DNA of 64,000 nucleotides from Octopus vulgaris (taxonomy: Eukaryota). The notes below the pieces were generated by a model that did not search any database, had not been told where the DNA came from, and saw only the letters and a program-made list of their open reading frames with translations. Shown piece after piece: positions 53,957 to 64,000 of the stretch. The stretch is taken from positions 41,974,001-42,038,000 of the forward strand of contig OX597816.1 of NCBI GenBank assembly GCA_951406725.2. The letters are read 5' to 3'. The translations under genes and the position numbers were made by a program. Numbering within the stretch: the stretch's first letter is position 1; each line of letters begins with the position of its first letter.

Positions 53957-54696
53957 GTCGTGGTCTGAGAGGAGAGTTTTTCGACTGAAATGCTGTGAAC
54001 GTAGCTAGAGTGATTGGTCAGTACCAGATCCAAGATCGTTTTATTCTGTCTCGTTGGTTCAAGCACTAGCTGAGTCAGGAAATACTCATCCATCAGATTA
54101 AAGAGCAGTTCTGCTGCTGCCCTATCTGATGTAGAGCACTTGCCCAACTTCGGAGTATTTGTGGGCCAGTTCACATGAGGGAGGTTAAAATCACCCATCA
54201 CTATTATGTTTCCGGAGTGGTACTTCCGAAGGAAGGACTTGACTTTGCTAAGGCACTCTTCAAAGTACTTTAGAGGTGCCTGGGGAGGCCTGTAAAGACC
54301 AACAATGGTTATGTCCTTGGCTTTGTTGTATACTGATACCGATTCACAGTAGCCATTGGAAAATGTGTCCTTGGCATCAAGTGAAAAGGAGTCATGGATA
54401 AAGATGGCTGTCCCTCCCTTATTTCGGTCTGTGCGATCCGCACGAACAATGGTGAAATCTTTTATTTTCACCTCTGCGTCCATATGGGTGTTGTTCAGGT
54501 GAGTCTCGGTAAGGATAAAGAAAGGGAAGCAATGTGCCATTTCGGCAAGCCAACTCTCTATATATGGGATCTTCCATTTTTGGGCAATAATTGATGGGTT
54601 GATGCCACGTACATTTAATAGGAATGTCGAGGTAAGGGAAGTTGGTAATGGGTGAGTGGTCCTTGTGATAGGCATAGATGGTTGGTGATAGCTCAA
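53923..54696 (-). CDS. LINE ORF2 AP endonuclease part, frameshifted from RT at about 53977-53981
   Basis: APE motifs. Adding one A restores VEKTLLSDHDMV and fuses it to the RT frame. Confidence 0.85.
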   Translation of the reverse strand: MSYHQPSMPITRTTHPLPTSLTSTFLLNVRGINPSIIAQKWKIPYIESWLAEMAHCFPFFILTETHLNNTHMDAEVKIKDFTIVRADRTDRNKGGTAIFIHDSFSLDAKDTFSNGYCESVSVYNKAKDITIVGLYRPPQAPLKYFEECLSKVKSFLRKYHSGNIIVMGDFNLPHVNWPTNTPKLGKCSTSDRAAAELLFNLMDEYFLTQLVLEPTRQNKTILDLVLTNHSSYVHSISVEKLSSQTTTWYSAILIPDV

Positions 54697-54804
54697 ATAG
54701 GCGATGGATATTGTGAAGAAGACTCATGATATTACCGGAAAGAAGGTTGAACTTGAAGGGGAAGAGAATCAGGAAAGCGGAAGTGAGGGTGAGTGTCGCA
54801 GCAT

Positions 54805-55100
54805 AATATTAGCATTAATGAAAAGAATACTATCACTAAGACTTCTACCATTAACACAACTATAAATAGCCACAGGAATAACTTCACTAATATCACTCCC
54901 TCTACTACTACCAATGATACCACAACTGCTGCAGCTATTCCTGCTGCTGGTGCTGCAACAACTATTACTACTGATACTACCAGTATTATTACTAATTCTA
55001 CCACCACTACTACCATTAGTACGACTACTTCCACTACTAATAATTATAATAATAATTATATCAGCGACGCTAACAATGATAAGGACGATAATAACAATAC
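54805..55100. repeat. Degenerate (ACT/AAT)n low-complexity tract
   Basis: Direct sequence. Confidence 0.8.
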
Positions 55101-55101
55101 C

Positions 55102-55332
55102 TATTTCTTTACTACCCACAAGGGGCTAAACACAGAGAGGACAAACAAGGACAGACAAACGGATTAAGTCAATTATATCGACCCCAGTGAGTAACTGGTA
55201 TTTAATTTATCGATCCCGAAAGGATGACAGGTAAAGTCGACCTCGGCGGAATTTGAACTCAGAACGTAACGGCAGACGACATACCGCTAAGCATTTCGCC
55301 CGGCGTGCAAACGTTTCTGCCAGCACGCCACC
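55102..55332 (-). mobile_element. SINE family B, full length
   Basis: Minus head GGTGGCGTGCTGGCAGAAACGTT...GAGTTCAAATTCCGCC and tail GGGTAGTAAAGAAATA. Confidence 0.9.
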
Positions 55333-55699
55333 GGGCTTTCATATCGATATTAGTAACTAAGGCAATAATAACCGCAATATCACGATCAATTCATCTAATA
55401 CAAATGTAGCCACTACCAGCACTATCTTATATATCCCTCAAATTAACCATTATAAAACTGATAACTTCAACTTCAGACCAATAACGACTGCCCGCTACAA
55501 GCCCAATGAAGAAGATTCAACGTCGTATGCAAATGCACCGTTCACAATATAGTAAATAACTCCTGTTGCTATTACTTGGATGTAGCACTTTAAGCAAGGC
55601 TATTACGCTCATTTAAACTCGTTTAAATATAAAGCGAAAAGCAATTACACATCACTAGCTAGCCACGTGCACCACCTAATTAATAAAAAAAAAATACAC

Positions 55700-56880
55700 A
55701 GTATAAATTTTCCTGGGTTATAAATGGATTTCCATATCAGGGCCAAAGCTCAATTTGTGGGTTCTGCTTCAAAGAGGCCCTCAAAATTTTAACCCACAAC
55801 TCACCACAATTGCTTAATAAATACAACAAATTCTCCCACACTTTCAAATTATTTCATAAATCTAAATGTAAGTTCACCCAACCCCCCACGAGCAACACAC
55901 ACAAACGAATAGCACACACACATGCCCTAGGATCATTATCACATACACCTATATATCTCCTATATTTTTTCTTTCTATACTTCTATATCTCTTATTTGTG
56001 TCTTACCTCACCACTATATGAAATATATATTATTTCCTTAATTTTATTTAAAAACTTAATTTAAAAAATGCCCTAATATAAAATCCACTAATAACTATCT
56101 CTTACTCCTAGTCATACATAATTCTTTATTCCTTTAGCTCCTTCATTCGCGATTACCCCCATACCTATAACACTGTTCTAAAAATAACTCTGCAATCACT
56201 GATCTTAGTTAAAATAGACATTAGTACTTACTACTAATCCCCCCCAGCACTCTTTGACAATCAATACTCTTTAATTTCCCTATCCTTTTACCATGTCTTC
56301 CACTACCTCCCCATCCTCTCTATTATCCTCTCGGCTACGTGGTTCACATTTCTTAGACACCATACAGAGATACATAATTTATCCTTAAGGCAATCCTTAA
56401 ATTATTCCCTCAGGCCTTCAATCTATCTAACTCTATCTTTCTTTCTCGCAATTTATTTATTTATTTAATCATTTATTTGTTTCCTTTACTCTTATCACTT
56501 AAAAACCTTCTACAAATTTGCCATTGAACGTTGAGATGTTCGTGTCCCGTTTCCTTTATGGGTCGTACCATGTCAAGAACTTAACCCACAAGCATCTACG
56601 CAGGATTACTACCAAGGACATATACCTATGGATATACTGAGGATACCACCTCAGGACTCAAGCTCTTGTTTCTTTAACATCATGAAGCTAAATTATAAAC
56701 TTTTATGCCACTTTTCTCTTCTCTCTTATCTCTCCATCTCCTTATTCCTTTAAATCACTTCCTGTGTGTAGTCATCTCATTAATATGTACAACTTTCTTT
56801 TTTCCCTATTTTCCCTACTTGTCTCTTTTTACGAAATATCCCATACTCGAGGATATCCCAGAAAAAGCTGTAAGACATTA
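55700..56880 (+). mobile_element. Decayed PLE 3' region and pseudo-LTR
   Basis: ILKLFPQAFN (L.P.GLN-like end) and a decayed hammerhead-like ATATCC..GGATAT..GAAAAAGCTGTAAGAC near 56825-56877. Confidence 0.35.
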
Positions 56881-56941
56881 ATGCTTTCCAATTTTATATA
56901 ATTTGAGATATCTGCCATGTCTTAATGCTGGTTTTCCTCGG

Positions 56942-57389
56942 GGTGAGCTGTCAGAAACGTTAGCAGGCTGGACGAAATGCTTAGAGGTATTTCGCCCGTC
57001 GCTACGTTCTGAGTTCAAATTCCGCCGTGGTCGACTTAGCCTTTCATCCTTTCGGGGTCGATTAAACAAGTACCAGTTACGCACTGGGGTCGATGTAATC
57101 CACTCGATCCCCTTGTCTGTCCTTGTTTGTCCCCTCTATGTTTAGCCCCTTGCGGGCAATAAAGAAATAAGAAACGTTAGCACGCCGGGCGAAATGATTA
57201 GCGGTACTTCGTCTGTCGTTACGTTGTGAGTTCAAATTCCACCGAGGTCGACCTTACCTTTCATCTTTTCGGGGTCGATTAAACAAGTACCAGTTATGCA
57301 CTGGGTCGATGTAATCGACTTGATATCTCTTGTCTGTCCTTGTTTGTCCCCTCTATGTTTAGCTCCCTTGAAGGCAATAAATAAATAAA
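56942..57389 (+). mobile_element. Head-to-tail tandem dimer of SINE family B
   Basis: Two units, 56942-57170 and 57171-57389, each ending GCAATAAA(G/T)AAATAA. Confidence 0.9.
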
Positions 57390-57582
57390 TATATATACTC
57401 ATACACACTTCGGTACTTGAACACTTACGTCACCCTGACAACACTGAAATTCTACAATGCTGTCTTATTTCAAAGGGATCTCTATGTGCTTGTAGCTAAT
57501 CATTCTCTGGTGCCTTATGTATCGATGTTATTAAAGATATGTATGTACACCAGCCAACGTCCTCCTATTACAGATACATATC

Positions 57583-57710
57583 TATTTCTTTACTACCCAC
57601 AAGGGGACAAACAAGGACAGACAAACGGATTAAGTCGATTACATCAACCCCAGTGCTTGACTGGTACTTAATTTATCGACCCCGAAAGGATGAAAGGCAA
57701 ATTCGACCCC
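57583..57710 (-). mobile_element. SINE family B 3' fragment
   Basis: Matches 55102-55240. Confidence 0.85.
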
Positions 57711-57969
57711 TGAGTTTTAAGACTTTAGCTCTTATTTCTAGCAGGTGGGTGCTTGTTTAAGCATCCTAACGCTCCATACAAATTTATAATTCACAGATAT
57801 TTAATGATATTGCACCTGCGATCCACCTATGTCACTACTGGTGATATCATCAATTTTAAAATTTATTCAAAGATGATATGAACAGTAGTGACATGTGATC
57901 TCGAACCTCAGTGTTTGAATGTTTTGCTTATATATAAATATAAATATAAATATAAATATATATATAATT

Positions 57970-58615
57970 ATCCCCCAAAAGCCCACCCCACGCACACACA
58001 CATTCCTACTCCATCTTCCCTATCCTTCCCTTCGCACCCCACCCCAGCCATTACACCCTCTCCCACATACCCCACCTCTACTCCCACCTTCTGCCTATCC
58101 ACAAACCTCACCTCTACCTCCATCGTATGACTACCCACATATCCCAACTTTACCCCAATACTCAGCCTAACCCACACTCCACCTGTGCTTTCCCTACTCT
58201 CACCTGCCGCACCTCCCAACAACATCACACCACACCACACTACACCATACCATACAACACATCATAATACCTCCCCCACACACCAGCACTGACCACCAGT
58301 CCTCGTTCCCACGCACATACATACTCTCTTACACACACGCGCACCTTCGTTTTGGGGAACACCTTTACTTTATTATCTTCCCTACTTCTTCGCTCTCCTG
58401 TGTGACACTTCTGTCCGGCAGTCACCATGATAGATCGGTAGCCACTACACACGTTTTTTTCTCTCCTTGATTCTTTCTGTGTCCCTTTCTGTAGAAGAGC
58501 GTAGGCTCGAAATGTAAAAGCCTTTTTCAATTCCTGAGCGTTATGCTAATACATCTGTTTGTTTTTTACACGATCTGTCTTCGTCTTTTTTTTTTCGTGA
58601 ATTTTCCCCCCATAT
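57970..58615 (+). mobile_element. PLE 3' UTR and pseudo-LTR with C-rich tract and minimal hammerhead motif
   Basis: CTTT-CTGTAGA-A-GAGC-GTAG-GCTC-GAAAT-GTA-AAAG at 58485-58520. Ends at (TA)n. Confidence 0.6.
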
Positions 58616-58626
58616 GTATATATATA

Positions 58627-58675
58627 TATACCTTGATTTTCCAAAAGCTTTTGACAAGGTGGATCATGGTATTTT
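58627..58675 (+). mobile_element. Tiny CR1-like RT fragment
   Basis: IYLDFPKAFDKVDHGI. Confidence 0.6.
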
Positions 58676-59159
58676 TAGTAGCGGATTCCCAAGCAAAATA
58701 GCATTGAAATGCACACTTGTTATTGTCTATGTTATCCAAATACAACCAACATGCCACGTTGACTAATTCATCATAGCTCAGATTTGTTTAAATTATCCAG
58801 GCCATAACTGTTTTCTACCATGTTGTGTAACTCCAAGTCCTTTTGAAACTGGATATAAGACAAACTTTTGATGCACTGATATTTGCTATTGACCTAGAAA
58901 CACTTGTACAGGAATGCTCCCGTTTTCCCAAAAATAAAATACTGTTCTTTTCCTTTAGAGTATATTAGTTTTTTGAGAATCTTTTATACATGAGACTATT
59001 TCCCTTTCTCAGAGCTGTTCGTAATTGTCGTTTGGTTTTAAGATAATTCTCATAAATCACCAAGAATATATCTATTATGCTTTTTGGCATACACATGATT
59101 TTCTCTCTCTCTCTCTCTCTCTCTGTATCTCTCATCTACCTCTGTCCTTTCATGTATAC

Positions 59160-59222
<63 letters not shown>

Positions 59223-59225
<3 letters not shown>

Positions 59226-59621
59226 TTATATATAAAAGAGAGGTTGTGTGCTGTCTGTCTCCTACGATTTAGATTCCTAACTACTCCCACATTTTGCGGT
59301 GCAGTTTAAGCAAAACCGCATATCTTATAGTCGTGATTCATATCGAGCCTTTCTGTGTATTAGCGCACGTCTACAATGAGTCTACGATTTAAAAAAAAAA
59401 TTAACATCAATTTCTTCCCATTTTTAATGCATTTTTGGCATGTATAAGGGAAATAACTCTCTAAAAAATTATTATTAAATCTCAGAACGTAAAAAGCTAC
59501 AGTAATACCCACCCCCCTTTGTGGTTAGCCATATTGAGATGGCTATTATACTTTACATCTCTAAAAATGCTTATATAGTTATTTTCCTTACAAACCCGAG
59601 CAACGCCGGGCGATACTGCTA

Positions 59622-59622
<1 letters not shown>
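59223..59622 (+). mobile_element. Non-autonomous Helitron
   Basis: A|TC start (TCTTTATATATAAAAG), subterminal hairpin CCCGAGCAACGCCGGG and CTAG|T end. Inserted in (TA)n without TSD. Confidence 0.88.
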
Positions 59623-59690
<68 letters not shown>

Positions 59691-60372
59691 TGTGTGTGTG
59701 TGTGTATAACCATATAACCAGTGCAGCAATCGTTTACAGATTTATGATTTTGCATTGTAAAATTATATTACATGAAATATAATAAACACACTTATATAGC
59801 ACTTGATTACTTCTATGAATACAGATATATCAGATAATAAAATATTTCCCTCGCAAATCATATTTCAGATTTAAATAAGGGTTCAAGCTTAAATTTTATG
59901 TTTAGAAATCGTTTTGATTTTGAACGGTTTTCAACAAGTGTTTAATAACTTGTTTTCACACAATATAGTATATTTATTTATAATTTCCCATCTCTTTGAA
60001 AGTTAAAATTCAATATCGAATACCCGTTAATTGTTCGATTTAAAACACTTTTATGATTTCATTAAATTTACAAATTTTATAGAAATATTCATTATTAAAG
60101 CAATTCCTTGTTTTAAGTGTTATGGTCGTCTTGTTTATAGCATTCATTATCAAACGTATAACACTATCATTATCGTTATTCAGGTAATACATACATACAC
60201 ACGTTATGTATATACATACATATATACATATATATGCATATATATACATATCAATTTATATATATAGAAATATATATGTATATATGTATATATATATATA
60301 TAGATAGATATATATATATATATATAGCTATATATATATATATTTATCTATATGTGTATATATAACTATATG

Positions 60373-60428
<56 letters not shown>

Positions 60429-60594
60429 GTCGTTGTTGTTGTCGTTGGAAGCGTTTTATATTATAATCATTTATCATTTAAAACAAATAACAGGATTATA
60501 TATCTCATTTGAATCTTCAATCGTTTCAAGTTTTCATCAGTAATATCACAACCAAATTCCTCCTCCACCCCCTCCTCCTCCGCTTCTTCTTCTT

Positions 60595-60631
60595 ATTTTT
60601 ATTATTATTATCATTATTATTATTATTATTG

Positions 60632-60716
<85 letters not shown>
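60595..60716. repeat. (ATT)n microsatellite
   Basis: Direct sequence. Confidence 0.97.
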
Positions 60717-60717
<1 letters not shown>

Positions 60718-60719
60718 AA

Positions 60720-61785
60720 TTACCCTTCTCGTATTACCTGGTCTTCTTCTGTCCGTTATGTTTTCCAACATTTCATAGTCTTTCGTATAAGGCGTCTCAT
60801 GTTTTCTGCTACTCTACACATTTCCAAGAGTATGGTAACATATTGTAGGCGTTTAGAAAATTTATCCATATCATGTACAAATTTGCGTGCCTCCTTTTGC
60901 AGTTCTGATAATTAGCTTAGTAATTAACAGCTAATCTTTCGTTCTCCAGTTCCTCTTTCAGCAACATATATGTTCAATACCTAGCGGCCAATTTTGTTGT
61001 AAGTTTACCGGCCAAAACAACTGACAGTAATCTCCACGCTTGCAGAAGACATTTATTGGTCGAAAGTTGAATACAATTATACTTTTTAAGATTTTCACGC
61101 ATAACAATGTTGTTCCTTGTGTCTTCCAGGTGGCTACTGATCCTTCATGCAAGCACTTTTCTAGCTGTATCGTTCTCCTTTCATGGACTCATCTCAGCAT
61201 ATTCATGCAATTACACTGGACGGCATCCTTTGTTGGGCTCCTCCAACTGGGAATTTTACTTACGTCTTTTCATTTTTACTCTATTTTGCCTTGACGTATT
61301 ATATTTCTTAAGTTATCTTGGATTACAGGTAGCCAGCCTGCTTTACCATTATTCTTTAGAGATTAATCCCAGATTTCTGCCCAGAATGCTCAGATTTTGT
61401 CTGCATCATGTACCTATGTTAGGTGTAATTGCTCATCATGCTAACGAAACATTTTTTTTTCTTATTTCTTTAGAAAAACCCTCTTTTGGCTGAAACGATT
61501 TGTTCTAATGTCTTATTTTTCCAGTTGTGCCTCGACTTTTAATTCTCTTTGTTTTAATTCTTCGATGATCATAATATTCATCTCTTATTCTATATGTTCA
61601 CTCCAGTCTTATTCCCCTCTTTTCAATCTATCAGCTTGTCCCAATATTTTTCTTTACACAAAATTCGTCCTCTTGTTTTGTATGAATCTGATAATTTTGG
61701 CTTCAGTTATAATTCCTGTCCAAGAACAGGACCTATTTTCTCAGTTGCTGTTTTACATTGCACCTCTCAATGTGCGTAATATTGG
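60720..61785 (-). mobile_element. Decayed R4/Dong RT N-terminal fragment
   Basis: Minus strand AWRLLSVVLAGKL and LEMCRVAENMRRLIRKTM resemble R4-type WKLLT and PHSWI..VAENI motifs. Many stops. Confidence 0.6.
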
Positions 61786-61819
61786 GGTGTGTTGTTGTTG
61801 TTGTTGTTATTATTATTAT

Positions 61820-62273
61820 TGAGTGAGAGAGCAGTGCATGCCATCAAAGTGACACTGGGTAAAATATACGAAGCCCAGTATTACCCATCATGACTACCCG
61901 TCGGATAAGGGTACACCAGGCACATGCATCACAGCTATATGTGCGCGACATGGTGATCTCATATCAAGATAAACAACACATGACCTTGCAGGTTTTCCTC
62001 TTGTCGAGTAACCCATCCTGCTCAAAAGGTCCTTCAATAAGGGTTGTTTAAGGATATTGAATGAACACCCAGGTTTCCAGACATGAATTATTCAAACCCC
62101 AAAGAATCACTCTCAGCACATGGCTATGATGCTCCCTCACTACTTCTGCTCGTGGTCAGAGATGCACACATCGTCAGCCACTAAGAGACATGCTCAATTG
62201 GTTATGGTCAAACAACTGACAAGCAAATCTGTGGTATTGAGCAGAATATTTGCTGTAGCCCGTCTTTTATACC
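61820..62273 (-). mobile_element. About 450-bp TAA-associated non-coding repeat, second copy
   Basis: Reverse complement of 23030-23467. Flanked by (ATT)n on both sides. Confidence 0.8.
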
Positions 62274-62365
<92 letters not shown>

Positions 62366-62368
<3 letters not shown>

Positions 62369-64000
62369 TAGTATATTTTTTATATCGTGCTTTCTCTTCA
62401 CTACCGATCGCAGCTCTGGGTTCCTTGGGTATGTGCTGTGATTTGTTGTGATGCTCTGATGGTTACTGTATGGAAAGTGTTCTGCGTAGGATGTGTGCAG
62501 TGCCTAGTAGTGCAATTTTCTGTATGTTATATGTGTTTGTAAGTCCTTGTGTTTTTGTTATGTATTTGTCATAATTATTTTTTTATCATGCCTAATGCAC
62601 CTATTATGATAGGAATTGTTTCTGTTTTTAGATTCCACATTCTGGTTACCTCTATTTCCCGGTCTTTGTATTTTGAAAGTTTCTCCATTTCTTTTAGAGA
62701 CACGTTGTCATCCGCTGGTATTGATACATCAATTAGAAAACATTTTTTTCTTCATGATCTCTGACAACTATATCTGGTCTGTCGGCTTTAATTTCTCTAT
62801 CTGTGTGTATTGTCATATCCCAGAGTATGGTTGCTTTCTCGTTTTCTGTGACCTTTTCTGGTGTGTGCCTATACCATCTTTTTTCTGTTGTTATTTCATA
62901 GTGTTGGCATAGTTTCCAGTGTATATAGGTTCCAACTCTGTCGAGCCAGCGAATATATTTCTTCTTAGCCAGGACTGGACATCCAAAGACAATACGATTT
63001 ATTGTTTCTTCTCCATCACCACATATTCTGCAGTTACTTGTTATATTTCTTTTCATTACATGTTTTTGGTAATTTCCGGTGGGGAGGCTTTGGTCTTGTG
63101 CTGCAATTAAAAGTACTTCTGTCTCTGCTTTGAGCCCTGAGCTTCTCAAACATTGTTGGGATGTTTCTTTGTCTATTTCTTTTGCATTTAGTTTAGTCCA
63201 GTAATTACCGTGAAGGGGATTTACTTGCCATCGTTTATCATTGTTCGTTGCTGTTCTATCTTAGTTTGGATTTCATTTGTTTTATAGCTTTTGTTGTTTC
63301 TTCTTCTTCTTCTTCTTCTTCTTCTTCTTCTTCTTCTTCTTCTTCTTCTTCTTCTTCTTCTTCTTCTTCTTCTTCTTCTTCTTCTTCTTCTTCTTCTTCT
63401 TCTTCTTCTTCTTCTTCTTCTTCTTCTTCTTCTTCTTCATATTTATTAGTTGGTATGATTTCTTGTTTGTATTTGTCAGCTTCCTTAAATACTGAGAACA
63501 GTTTTTTGTTTTGCTCGTGTTTTGCCGCTACTTGTATCAGTTTTCCTTCCTTCTGAAGTAGATATTTTTGCAGTCCTATGGTGGTTATTTTATAGTAGTT
63601 TTCCAGCTGTATAAAGCTTCTACCACCATCTATACGTTGTATATATAGCCTTTGTATGTCAGATTTTGGGTGATGCATCCTAGATCCTGTCATTATTTTT
63701 CTTGTTTTCCTATGTATTTTGGTCAGTTCATTTAGTGTCCAGTTAAGGATATTGTAGCTGTAACTTATAACTGGGACAGCTAAAGTGTTAATACCTATTA
63801 TCTTGTTTTTAGCATTGAGCTCTGTTTTTAGTATTGATCTAACTCGTCTATAATATTCTTTTTTTATCTTCTCTTTCATTTGTGTGTGTTGTGTCTTATC
63901 TAGTTTATGGATTCCTAGGTATTTGTAAGTTTGGCTTTTGTCTAATTCTTTTATTTCATTGGTTTTATCTAGTGTGATTTGCTAATCTTAATTAGTTTTC
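62366..64000 (-). mobile_element. R4/Dong-clade LINE 3' half (RT C-terminus, CCHC-like region, RLE), running off the window end
   Basis: YKYLG; KEYYRRVRSILKTELNAKNKIIGINTLAVPV; AAQDQSL; CRICGDGEETINRIVFGC; ILWD...RPDIVV; IQKIALLGTAHILR. The 3' end runs into (TAA)n. Confidence 0.93.
63298..63438 (-). repeat. (GAA)47 in-frame within the Dong ORF
   Basis: Pure TTC repeat of 141 bp. Confidence 0.95.

Larger units (their letters stand above)
51550..54800 (-). mobile_element. CR1-group LINE, 5'-truncated, with near-intact ORF2 (AP endonuclease plus RT)
   Basis: EN: LNVRGI, LTETHL, GLYRPP, MGDFNLP, ILDLVLTN. RT: NYRPISLTS, YLDFSKAFD, SGVPQGTVLGPLLF, FADD, RPHLEYC. 3' tail of tandem TTTATCTAAG. Confidence 0.95.

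Noticed and set aside
54732-55167. Mucin-like Thr-rich ORF
   Set aside because: Degenerate ACT repeat running into a SINE.

Overview
AT-rich eukaryotic DNA, dense in microsatellites ((TA)n, (TATG)n, (TAA)n, (CA)n), with no recognisable intact host protein-coding gene. It is most likely intronic or intergenic. The three tRNA-derived SINE families resemble octopus SINEs as I recall them, so an octopod cephalopod is inferred but not verified. The window is a nested transposon graveyard: Tc1/mariner derivatives with TIRs, a Gypsy integrase plus LTR remnant, several Penelope-like (PLE) fragments, R4/Dong LINEs clustered in (TAA)n tracts, an RTE fragment, a near-intact CR1-group LINE ORF2, a decayed L1/Tx1-like ORF2 and a non-autonomous Helitron. 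Nearly all ORFs in the supplied track are translations of microsatellites. The most interesting signal is a set of fold-back PLE-type termini carrying minimal hammerhead-ribozyme motifs. One, at 47301-47351, has full hammerhead topology with a compensatory G3-C8 core swap. Also notable are a perfect 191-bp palindrome, a 77-bp inverted templated insertion, a candidate TAA-targeting non-autonomous partner of Dong, and orphan exon-like cassettes.
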